Assembly: GCA_963737265.1 (NCBI GenBank)
Contig: CAVTRY010000013.1
Coordinates: forward strand, 288,001-352,000
DNA: 64,000 bases
Source of the DNA: an uncultured delta proteobacterium
Lineage (GTDB): Bacteria; Myxococcota_A; Polyangia; Fen-1088
Reading direction: 5' to 3'
The position numbers and the translations under genes are program-made. The notes below the pieces were generated by a model. That model saw nothing but the letters and a program-made list of their open reading frames with translations, searched no databases and was not told the DNA's origin. Of this stretch, positions 9,280 to 19,000 are shown piece by piece; the first letter of the stretch is position 1, and the number at the start of each line of letters is the position of its first letter.

Positions 9280-9324
9280 ATGAACGCGAACCTAATTGAG
9301 ATCCAGCCGCTCGCTCCAGTTCGT
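9264..9324 (+). repeat. 61-bp direct repeat, copy 2
   Basis: Identical to 7845..7905, 1419 bp apart. Confidence 0.95.
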
Positions 9325-12300
9325 GCGCCGGTACCTTTCGATGGCCGAACCATTGCTTAGCTGCTGGGCGGAGCCGTAGGTTTGCCCGGTTATCGTTTGC
9401 GCCGACGGGCCGCTGCTGGTGTTGAGAATTCCATCGACGAAGAGACCGGTTCCGACGAACGCGACGCCGGTGGCCACGGAGCTCGCCACGGTCATGCCTG
9501 CGATCTGGTACCACGCGCCGCTGTAGTCGAACTCGTGCACGGTGATGTAGCTGGTGCCGACGCCGAACTGGTTTCCCGAGCTGCAGTTGTTGCTCATCGA
9601 GGTGGCGTCGTACCAGGTCGTAATCACCTGGAATCCAAGTCCATCAGGCCGCAGGACCGCGGTTGGCGTCCCCATCGGCCGCGCGGTGCTGGGAACGGCC
9701 ACTCCATCTGGACAGGTGCTGTTTTTGTCTTTAATGGTCGTGTTCACACAGATGCGATTGGTGGTCGCGGCAGGGTCGAGCGTTAGCACGATCTGTCCGT
9801 TGTTGTTAAACGACGTGTCGATGGCGGGCGGATTCGACGTCGAGGTCAATCGGGTGACCACCAATTCCGACGGCGGATACGAGCTGGACACGGGCTGAGT
9901 CGCCGAATCGAGATTCGAGTTGGTAACCTGCGCCACGTAGATGAGCCCCTTGGATGGACTCTGCGGGTTGGCGCGCTCCAGCTGCACAACCGCTGGTGCG
10001 AAGTGAATCGGTTGTCCACAACCAAACTGGAACAGCGATGGGTTGATAAGTGTTTGGCCCGGGACGTACTCGTAAAGATTCCCCCAGGTGTCGCCCACGT
10101 AGCCGGCAACGATATTCTGCGCCGTCTGCATCGAAGAATAGTTGCGCGCCAAGGCGATGTCCGCCAACACCGCGCGCTTCTGGGTGCATGTGCTACTGCT
10201 GCCAACATTTTGAGTCTCCTTGACGGCGCCCGTGACTGCGTCGGCGTTCAGGATGCGCAGGCCTTGGCTAGCGTGGCCGCTGTCGGGATTGATGCGGTAA
10301 CCCGAGGCCAGAACGATGCGATTGTCAGGCGCGCCCGTGCCGGAATAGCCGTTGAAATAGAACGCGGGAATCGATTCGGTTTGCCCGAGACTTTGGTCCC
10401 AGGTTGTCGAGTCGCCGCCTGTCATCGGGGGCAGTCCCGGCTGCCACAGCAAGCTGGGCGCCTGAGCAAGCAGGTTGTTCTGGTCGATGACGTTGGTGAT
10501 GTCGAGGGCGAAGGGCTTGTTGCCCCCGATTCCTTCGGGCATGACCACGATGGTGTGCCAGTCGCTGCCGTCCGAGGTCGCGCAGGTGGATCCCATGCAC
10601 AGATCCTTGACCTTGGGCGAGGCCGCGAGGCCAAAGATGTGGTCGCTCTGACCGGCGCTGATCTTCTGCCCGCCCTGGGCATATTCACGGGTAATCACTG
10701 GCAGCATGTCATTCGGGATGAAGGCAAAGGCCTCCTCGCCGCCCATGAAGGTCAAATTGGCGCCGCCATACTTCAGCGGCAACGTCGCGGCCTGCGCAAA
10801 GAACGCATGCAGCATTCCGTCGTCTCCGCCGACGTAGACCAAACCCGGGCGGTTTGCATTGTCTTGCGAGTAGGTACTGGAGCCGTTCAGCCCATTGGCG
10901 GCCGGCTGGCCCGCCACAATGGGTGTCGACGCCGTCGCCGACCCCATCAGCGGAGCGGGGTTGCTTAGTGCCGGATCGCCGAGCAACCACTCGACGATCT
11001 TCTCTGCCTCGGCGTCCGAGGCTCCGAGGCCGGCCGAGTGAAGCGCGGACTTGTTGGTCACGCTGCCGTCGCTGCCAATCTGAATCTGGGCGACGGTGCC
11101 CGACGCAGACGAAAAGAAGACGCGCCGGCTCTTCCAGTCTCGCCCGTAGAGCTCGGCCACCGAGGCCGGAATCGATGCCGCATTCCATTTCAAGTCCGCG
11201 AATCCCGCAGACGTGTCGAAAGCACGGACGCTGCCGACCCACGTCGGGTAGTCCACGCTGGTGTCGTAGAGCATTCCACTGTAGGTGACCACACCCGCTC
11301 CATTCTGCGTGCTGGGACCGGCCACGGCCGATGTCGTGGTGAAGGGAAACGGCGTCTGAGAGGCGGCGATCTTGCTCACGACGGCGCGATAGACCTCTTC
11401 TTCCGTGGTACCGAATATCGGCGTGCCATTGAAGTTGGGGCTGCCCGCCACGGCCATGTTCCACAGCATCGCGTATGAATAGGGATACCGGGTGCTCCAG
11501 GTCGCCGGCGCGTTCACCACGACGTGCGTCTGAACGGGCGTGCTCGAGTGCGCGAGGCCGAAGGCCCTGGTGATGGCCGAGCAGTTGCAGCCGGTCAGCG
11601 TGGGATTGCTGTCGGCGTTGTAGGCGCATGCGCTTGAGGCACAATCCACCGCGCCCCCGGTATCGCCCGGCCCGTTCGACTGACCGTCCACGACCAGAAT
11701 GATATTGTTGCTCCAGCATGGCGTGTTGCCATGATTATTCGTCGCATCGTTGCCTTGCACGGTCGAAAGGTAATTTCCGGCGTCACCCAGGGCGCAGCCG
11801 ATAGGGGCAAGACTTCCCGTGGCATCGACACCGCCAAAGGAAGCCTTCTCCAACCGTGCTGCGGTCGTCAACGCCTTCTGCGCCGTCGTGAGGACGTTGC
11901 CGTTTAACGTCGTCGCGGTGTTCGTGCCAGTACCGGTGCCAGTCTGGGTGACGGTGGAATTGAGGAACGGAACCACGCCCGAATTCCAGACCGCGCCGGT
12001 CGTAGCGCCGCAGGCGGATGGATTGGTCGATCCGCTCCACGGTACCGACACTTCGTTGTTCGAATTGTAGGGATTTCCAGTGTAGGCGGGGCGGCCGTAG
12101 ATGCCGTCGTTGACGATTTCGGTGCGCTCGGCATCGATCGCGTTGTAGCAGACTCCTCCATTCGTGTAGTACTTGCCCTTGTAGGTCGTGAAGTACGCTG
12201 GGTGAGCCACGCTGCCCTCGCCGTCGACTCCGCCGTTCACGATCGGCGTGCCCTGCTTGTACTGGAACGTGTAGTAGCTGCCTTCGTAGATGCCCGTTCC

Positions 12301-15300
12301 GCCCGAGCTTCCCGTGAACTCGCAGGCGGGAAGAATTGGCGTTGACGAGCAATTCGCCCACGAGGAGTCGATGTGGTTGGAAAGGCCGCTGCCGTCGCCG
12401 CGTGGAATCGTCCACCGGCTGTCGTTCGATCCGGCCAGCGTGTAGGAGATCTGGTTAAGTGTTGCGTCACCGTTAATGGCGCCGTTACCACCGTAGTCGA
12501 TAGTGCATGTCGAGGATGGACCGTTTGTTAGGCTGAAGCAACCGGACCTTTCGAGCTCGCCACGGGCCAGGAACTTCGTCTCCGTGATGTTGTTCGAGCT
12601 TGGGCAGGATTGTAGTTTCACGTACGGAAAGATCGCGGTGGTGGCATCGGTCGCCGTCGTAGAAATACCTCGACCCTGATAGCTGTTCATGAAGCCGAAG
12701 TTGACCTTGTCCGCGTACTCGGTGATCGCCCGGCGCAGGGCGCGCTTGACCGTCATCATGCGCGAGGTGGCCGGCACGCACAGGTCGGTGGCGGCATTGC
12801 CCGGGCAATCGGCAAGCGAGGAACACCACAGTCCGCTGTCTGCGCACATCTTGGCTGGTTGACCCTCGGTGCAGAAGTCGCCCGCCAGCGCCGTATTGCA
12901 CGAGGTATCTGCGGACGCCGAGCAGGTGGCGGCGATGGTCGTCACGCCATGTTTGCAGTTTCCCCAAGGCGCTCCCGAGTACGTCATGCAAGCTTCGTTG
13001 CGAAGCCGTCCCGAGCCGTCCAACGTAGAGATGAGACGGCAGAAGTCGCCCTTGACCACGCCGGCACAAGTCGAATCCGAAGTACAGGCGATGCCACCAC
13101 TCGCATTGCAGTAGCCGCTGGTAGTCGGCGAGCTGGGGGTGCAGTTCGCCGTATCCGTGCTGGCCACGGATCCGCACGGATAGGCTTCGGTGCTGGTATT
13201 GGTGCCCGTCAGGGTCTGGGTGCCCGTCGAGCTGTTGGCATTCGTCTGCGTGACGGTAGACGTAAGCGTCTGGGTTGACGGACTGGTGTTGGTCAAGGTT
13301 CCAGTGTTGGTGCCCGAGTTGGTCGTGGTCCCGGTGGCCGTCGCAGTTCCCGTCGAAGTCCCGGTCGCGGTCTGGGTCGACGTCTGCGTCGCGGTGCTGG
13401 TTTGCGTGTTCGTCGCCGTCGTCGTCCCTGTTGACGTCGCGGTCGCGGTTCCAGTTCCCGTGCTAGTCACGATGGTAGTTAGGGTGCTGATGGGCGACGT
13501 GGCGTAGCCCCAGACCGTGAGCTCCCAGAAGCAGCCCCAGTCGCCCGACGAGACATAATTGATCGTGATGCGAACGTAGCGAGCGGTTATGCTGAAGTTG
13601 TCGGTCAGCGTGGCGCCGTTGCGGCTCGTATTGTTTGTCTGATCGACGACCGTAGTCCAACTCGAGTTGTCGGTCGACGCATCGATTTTGTACTTGTAGT
13701 ACGAATTTGGCATTTCGAAGTTGACGGACGTCGATGTCAATAGATAGGAGGCGCCAAGATCGACCTCCCACCAGTCAGGCAACGCGGGCCCGCTGGGACA
13801 GAACTCCCACCCGTAGTTGCCGTCGTTGCCGTGGACCGCTTCTTTCCACGTCTGCTGGCTGCTGTAGCTAACCGATTGATTGAGAGAGAGATTCACGACG
13901 CCCGGCAGGCTCGTTCCGGTCGCGGTATAGGTTTGGGTCGTCGTCCCGGTCCCTGTCCCTGTCGCCGTCGACGTCACCGTCCCCGTCGACGTGTTCGTTA
14001 TCGTATTTGTGCTGGTGCTGGTCTGCGTGTTCGTGACCGTCGTCGTGCTGATGGGCGACGTGGCGTAGCCCCAGACCGTGAGCTCCCAGAAGCAGCCCCA
14101 GTCGCCCGACGAGACATAATTGATCGTGATGCGAACGTAGCGAGCGGTTATGCTGAAGTTGTCGGTCAGCGTGGCGCCGTTGCGACTTGTATTGTTTGTC
14201 TGATCGACGACCGTAGTCCAACTCGAGTTGTCGGTCGACGCATCGATTTTGTACTTGTAGTACGAATTTGGCATTTCGAAGTTGACGGACGTCGATGTCA
14301 ATAGGTGGGAGGCGCCAAGATCGACCTCCCACCAGTCAGGCAACGCGGGCCCGCTGGGACAGAACCCCCACCCGTAGTTGCCGTCGTTGCCGTGGACCGC
14401 TTCTTTCCCCGTCTGCTGGCTGCTGTAGCTAACCGATTGATTGAGAGAGAGATTCACAACGCTCGCCAGGCTCGTTTCGGTCGCGGTATAGGTTTGGGTC
14501 GTCGTCCCGGTCCCTGTCCCTGTCGCCGTCGACGTCACCGTCCCCGTCGACGTGTTCGTTATCGTATTTGTGCTGGTGCTGGTCGCCGTCATCGTGCTCG
14601 TGTTGGTCACCGGACCCGGGATGCTGGTGCTGGTCGTGGTATCCGTTTGGGTCGTCGTCCCGGTACCGGTCACGGTAGCCGTCGACGTGGTGGTGGACGT
14701 GTAAGAGGTTCTGGTAAGAACAATCTTGTCGATGGTCAGCGAATAGACAGGGGCGGTGCTTGCCGCGTTGTGTCCAGTAATTGTGAAACGAATGGCGTGG
14801 TCGCCCGCCGTGAGCGTCGTGCTTCCTAGGCTCTTAAGTACCTGGTAGAATGACCCGTTGGCATACTCGTCCGTCGTTGTGCCGATGTTCGTTCCGTCGA
14901 TGCTGGCTTGGTTGATGCCGCGGTTGTAGAACGCCTTGTAGTAAAAATCCACGGTGTAGGTTCCAGCCGCGACACCCGGCAACGTAAACTGAAGGTAATC
15001 GCCGACGCCTGGGCTCCCGGCCTGATTGAACTGCACATAGGCGCTGTTGCTGGCGAGCGAGTCTCCAGTCAGAATATTGCTCCCAATGGCCGACGAGGAT
15101 ATCGCAAGATTCTCGGCTTCGTAGGTCGTGACGGTCGTGTCCGTGTTCGTCACCGTGACCGTCGCCGTGTTCGTAACCGTGTTCGTCTGCGTGCCGGTGT
15201 CCGTGTCGGTCACCGTGGTGGTCTTGGTCACTGTCGCCGTGGCCGTGCTGGAGTTGGTCACGGTGTTCGTATTGGTTCCCGTGGTTGTGTTCGTCGTCGT

Positions 15301-15891
15301 ACCCGTCGCCGTGTTTGTTGCCGTGCTGGTGTTCGTATTCGTGCCGGTCGTCGTGTTGGTCTTGGTATTTGTGCCGGTGTTGGTGACGGTGTTGGTGTTG
15401 GTTACGGTATTCGTAGCCGTGCCTGTGTAGGTGCCGGTGAAGGGATTCGTACCCGTGTCCGTGTTCGTATTCGTGCTCGTATTGGTATTGGTCACGGAGT
15501 CTGTGTTCGTCGCGGTGACAGTGACTGTGCTGGTACAGCTTGCATTGGGATCGCCGAAATACATCCCTTTGCTGCCCATTCCCGAAAAATCCCAGCGCCC
15601 CGATTGTCCGACCAGCCGGCACGAGCGACTTCCTTCCTCGCAGTCGGCGCCGACCTCGTTATAGCGAGCCGCGTCTTCACCTGGGAGGTCCTGCATGGAC
15701 TCGGCGGTCTCCAGAACCACCAGCACGTTCGGCTTCAAATTGTCTGCGATATTCTTGGCAATCTGCAGCGGATAGACGTCGGCCCGCGCCGGGATCGCGG
15801 AAGACCAGGTCGTAGCCAGCAATGCGAGAGCTAGGCACAGATGTCGGAAGGTGGAGGAAGGACCAAACCGCATCCGAAGGGTTGGTTTCAT
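9292..15891 (-). CDS. pilY1: Giant PilY1-like type IV pilus tip adhesin A (vWA-like region, Thr-rich stalk, CBM6/35-like module, two F5/8 type C domains, C-terminal propeller)
   Basis: Signal peptide; PNVLVVLE, VNFGFM, NNIILVVDG; YVGGDDGMLHAF, GEEAFAFIP, FALDIT, YVGDTWGNL typical of PilY1; TYEAE module; WWEVDLG..ARYVRI twice. Start uncertain (15948, 15891 or 15873). Confidence 0.82.
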   Translation of the reverse strand: MKPTLRMRFGPSSTFRHLCLALALLATTWSSAIPARADVYPLQIAKNIADNLKPNVLVVLETAESMQDLPGEDAARYNEVGADCEEGSRSCRLVGQSGRWDFSGMGSKGMYFGDPNASCTSTVTVTATNTDSVTNTNTSTNTNTDTGTNPFTGTYTGTATNTVTNTNTVTNTGTNTKTNTTTGTNTNTSTATNTATGTTTNTTTGTNTNTVTNSSTATATVTKTTTVTDTDTGTQTNTVTNTATVTVTNTDTTVTTYEAENLAISSSAIGSNILTGDSLASNSAYVQFNQAGSPGVGDYLQFTLPGVAAGTYTVDFYYKAFYNRGINQASIDGTNIGTTTDEYANGSFYQVLKSLGSTTLTAGDHAIRFTITGHNAASTAPVYSLTIDKIVLTRTSYTSTTTSTATVTGTGTTTQTDTTTSTSIPGPVTNTSTMTATSTSTNTITNTSTGTVTSTATGTGTGTTTQTYTATETSLASVVNLSLNQSVSYSSQQTGKEAVHGNDGNYGWGFCPSGPALPDWWEVDLGASHLLTSTSVNFEMPNSYYKYKIDASTDNSSWTTVVDQTNNTSRNGATLTDNFSITARYVRITINYVSSGDWGCFWELTVWGYATSPISTTTVTNTQTSTSTNTITNTSTGTVTSTATGTGTGTTTQTYTATGTSLPGVVNLSLNQSVSYSSQQTWKEAVHGNDGNYGWEFCPSGPALPDWWEVDLGASYLLTSTSVNFEMPNSYYKYKIDASTDNSSWTTVVDQTNNTSRNGATLTDNFSITARYVRITINYVSSGDWGCFWELTVWGYATSPISTLTTIVTSTGTGTATATSTGTTTATNTQTSTATQTSTQTATGTSTGTATATGTTTNSGTNTGTLTNTSPSTQTLTSTVTQTNANSSTGTQTLTGTNTSTEAYPCGSVASTDTANCTPSSPTTSGYCNASGGIACTSDSTCAGVVKGDFCRLISTLDGSGRLRNEACMTYSGAPWGNCKHGVTTIAATCSASADTSCNTALAGDFCTEGQPAKMCADSGLWCSSLADCPGNAATDLCVPATSRMMTVKRALRRAITEYADKVNFGFMNSYQGRGISTTATDATTAIFPYVKLQSCPSSNNITETKFLARGELERSGCFSLTNGPSSTCTIDYGGNGAINGDATLNQISYTLAGSNDSRWTIPRGDGSGLSNHIDSSWANCSSTPILPACEFTGSSGGTGIYEGSYYTFQYKQGTPIVNGGVDGEGSVAHPAYFTTYKGKYYTNGGVCYNAIDAERTEIVNDGIYGRPAYTGNPYNSNNEVSVPWSGSTNPSACGATTGAVWNSGVVPFLNSTVTQTGTGTGTNTATTLNGNVLTTAQKALTTAARLEKASFGGVDATGSLAPIGCALGDAGNYLSTVQGNDATNNHGNTPCWSNNIILVVDGQSNGPGDTGGAVDCASSACAYNADSNPTLTGCNCSAITRAFGLAHSSTPVQTHVVVNAPATWSTRYPYSYAMLWNMAVAGSPNFNGTPIFGTTEEEVYRAVVSKIAASQTPFPFTTTSAVAGPSTQNGAGVVTYSGMLYDTSVDYPTWVGSVRAFDTSAGFADLKWNAASIPASVAELYGRDWKSRRVFFSSASGTVAQIQIGSDGSVTNKSALHSAGLGASDAEAEKIVEWLLGDPALSNPAPLMGSATASTPIVAGQPAANGLNGSSTYSQDNANRPGLVYVGGDDGMLHAFFAQAATLPLKYGGANLTFMGGEEAFAFIPNDMLPVITREYAQGGQKISAGQSDHIFGLAASPKVKDLCMGSTCATSDGSDWHTIVVMPEGIGGNKPFALDITNVIDQNNLLAQAPSLLWQPGLPPMTGGDSTTWDQSLGQTESIPAFYFNGYSGTGAPDNRIVLASGYRINPDSGHASQGLRILNADAVTGAVKETQNVGSSSTCTQKRAVLADIALARNYSSMQTAQNIVAGYVGDTWGNLYEYVPGQTLINPSLFQFGCGQPIHFAPAVVQLERANPQSPSKGLIYVAQVTNSNLDSATQPVSSSYPPSELVVTRLTSTSNPPAIDTSFNNNGQIVLTLDPAATTNRICVNTTIKDKNSTCPDGVAVPSTARPMGTPTAVLRPDGLGFQVITTWYDATSMSNNCSSGNQFGVGTSYITVHEFDYSGAWYQIAGMTVASSVATGVAFVGTGLFVDGILNTSSGPSAQTITGQTYGSAQQLSNGSAIERYRRTNWSERLDLN
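13484..14584 (-). repeat. Tandem 540-bp intragenic duplication (period 561 bp) encoding F5/8 type C domains
   Basis: 13484..14023 and 14045..14584 are near-identical. Confidence 0.92.
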
Positions 15892-16071
15892 TCTGGGCCT
15901 AATACGGTTATCGGTACGATCACCCGTTTCCATAATACTAATGAGCAAGAAATCGAAGAGCGCCGGCCGAGCCGGAGACCAAGGTAAGGCTGGTCCCGTC
16001 TTGTGGGCTGCTGACCTACGTCTAGCCAGCCGTTCCGGTCAAAGCTCGCGCGGGCGAGCTGATTTGCGTTG

Positions 16072-19000
16072 CTACAGGTCGAGCCGCTCGGTCCAGTTCG
16101 TGCGTCTGAACCTTTCGATGGACGAATTACTGGTGAGCTGTTGCGCGGAGCTGAACGTTTGCCCCGAAATGGTCTGACCGGTTACGCCGCTGCTGCCGTT
16201 GAGAATTCCATCGACGAAGAGGCCCGTTCCATCGAATGCAACGCCGGTGACCACGGAGCTCGCCACGGTCATGCCCGCGATCTGGTACCAAGCACCGCTG
16301 TAGTCGAACTCGTGTACCGTGATGTAGCTAGTGCCGACACTGAACTGATTTCCCGAGCTACAGTTATTGCCGATCGCGGCGGCGTCGTACCAGGTCGCGA
16401 TCACTTGGAATCCAAGCCCGTCCGAACGCAGGACCGCGGTTGGCGTGCCCATCGGCCGCGCCGTGCTGGGAACGACCGCGCCACCTGGACACGCGGTGGA
16501 CTTGTCTTTCACGGTCGCGTTCAAACAGATGGCATTGGTGGTCGCGGCGGGGTTCAGTGTCAGCACGATCTGTCCGGTGGTGCTGAACGAAGCATCGATG
16601 GTGGGCGGATTCGTCGTCGAGCTCAACCGGGTGACCACCAATTCCGAGGGCGGATACGCCGCGGTCACCGGTTGTGTCGCCGAATCGAGATTCGAGTTGG
16701 TAACCTGCACGACGTAGATGAGCCCCTTGGATGGACTTTGCAGGTTGGCGCGCTCGAGCTGCACGACGGTTGGTGCGAAGTGGATCGGTTGTCCACATCC
16801 GAACTGGAACAAGGGCGGGTTGAACAGCGGTTGCATGGGAACGTACTGGTAAAGATTTCCCCAGGTGTCGCCCACGTAGCCGGCGACGATACCCTGCGCC
16901 GCTTGCGCGGAGGAATAGTTGCGCGCGACAGCGATGTCCGCAAGCACCGCTTGCGTCTGGGTGCAGTTCCCGGCGGCGCCTACAGTTTGGTTGTCTTTCA
17001 CGGCACCCGTGAGCGCGTCGGCGTTCAGGATGTGCAGGCCTTGGGTAAGGTAGTTGCCGGTGCGGGGCTGGGTTGGGTAGCCCGACGCAAGCAGGATGCG
17101 ATTGTCGGCGCCGCTGGTCGAATTGTAGCCGTTGAAATAGAACGCGGGAATCGATTCGGTTTGCCCGAGACTCTGGTCCCAGGTGGTCGAGTCATTGCCG
17201 CCGCCGGGCATGTGGACTCCCGGCTGCCATAGCAAGCTGGGAGGCTGAGAAAGCAGGTTGTTCTGGTCGATGACGTTGGTGATGTCGAGGGCGAAGGGCT
17301 TGTTGCCGCCGATTCCTTCGGGCATAACCAGGATGGTGTGCCAGTCGCTGCCGTCCGAGGTCGCGCAGGTCGGTCCCATACACAGATCCTTGACTTTGGG
17401 CGATGCCGCGAGACCGAAGATGTGGTCGGCCTTGTCGGCGCCGATTTTCTGCCCGCCCTGGGCGTACTGACGGGTAATCACCGGCAACATGTCTTGGGGG
17501 ATGAAGGCAAACGCCTCCTCGCCGCCCATGAAGGTCAGGCCGGCACCGTTGTACTTCAGGGGCAGCGTGGCGGCCTGCGCGAAGAATGCATGCAGCATTC
17601 CATCGTCCCCACCGACGTAGAGCAAAGCTGGGCGGTTGGCATTGTTTTGCGAATAGGCAGTCGATCCGTTCAGTCCATTGGCGGCCGGCTGGCCCACCAC
17701 AATGGGCGTCGAGGTGGTCACCGACCCCATCAGCGGCGTAGGATTGCTCGATGCCGGATCGCCGAGCAGCCACTGGGCAATCTTCTCGGCTTCGGCATCG
17801 GTGGCTCCGAGTCCGGCCGTGTGAAGGGCGGACTTGTTGAGCACGCTGCCGTCGCTGGCGATTTGGATCTGTGCGACAGTGCCATTGGGTGACGACGAGA
17901 AGAAGACGCGCCGGCTCTTCCAGTCTCGGCCGTAGAACTGAGCCGCCGAAGACGGGATGGTGACCGCGTCCCATTTCAAGTCGGCGAATCCGGCGGACGT
18001 GTCGTACGCACGCACGCTGCCGGCCCACGAGGGATAGTTCACGCTGGTATCGTAGAGCATCGCGCTTGAGGTGATGACTCCGGTGGCACTCTGGGTGCCT
18101 GGGCCAGCCGTCGCCGAGGTGGTGGTGAAGGGGAACGGCGACTGGGAGGCGGCGATCTTGCTCACCACTCCCTGATAGACCTCCTCTTCGCTGGTTCCGA
18201 AGACCGGCGTGCCGTCGAAGTTCGGGCTGCCCGCCACCGCGATATTCCACAACATGGCGTACGAATAGGGGCACCGCGTGCTCCAAGTGGCCGGCGCGTT
18301 GACCACCACATGGGTCTGCACCGGCGTGCCCGAGTGCGCGAGGTTGTAGGCCTTGGTAATGGCCGAACAGCTGCAACCGGTCAGCGTAGGATTCGAGTCG
18401 GCGTCGTAGGCGCACGCGCTCGATGCGCAATCCACCGCGGCGCCCGTGTCACCCGGTCCGTTCGACTGGCCGTCGACTACGAGAATGATGTTGTTGCTCC
18501 AGCAGGGCGTGTTACCGCCGTTGTTGGCGGCATCGTTGCTTTGGGCTTGCGCCAAGTAGTCGGCGGCGCTGTGGTACTGGTCCGGGAGTGCGTCGTTTTT
18601 CAATTCGCAACCAATTGGCGACAACCTGCCCGTTGCGTCCACGCCACCAAAGGATGCTTTTTCCAGCCTGGCCGTGGTCATCAGGGTCTTTTGCGCACGC
18701 GTGATCGTCTTGCCGTTGAAAGAGAAGGTCGCGGTGGCGGTGCTGGTGGCGGTGCCTGTCTGCGCAACGGTAGAGTTCAGGAACGGTACTGTGTTGGGGT
18801 TCCAGGCAGCGCCGGTGGTCGCATCGCAGGCGCTGGCGTTGGTTGAACCGCCCCAAGGGACGCCGACTTCGTTGGTCGCGTTGTAAGGAGTGCCCGTGTA
18901 CGCCGGGCGGCCGTAAATGCCGTCGTTGACAATATCGGTGCGTTCGGCATCGATTGCGTTGTAGCAGTTGCCGCCGCCTGCATCGTAGTACTTGCCCATG

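Noticed and set aside
8964-9299. 111-aa plus-strand hydrophobic ORF as a small toxin or membrane protein
   Set aside because: Explained by the lgt relic fragments, partly read out of frame
7845-9324. CRISPR array, integron cassette or IS element
   Set aside because: Only two repeats 1.4 kb apart, derived from coding sequence; no cas, integrase or transposase genes
13484-14584. Diversity-generating retroelement template/variable repeat pair
   Set aside because: Differences are not adenine-specific, both copies are in-frame coding, and no reverse transcriptase is in the window
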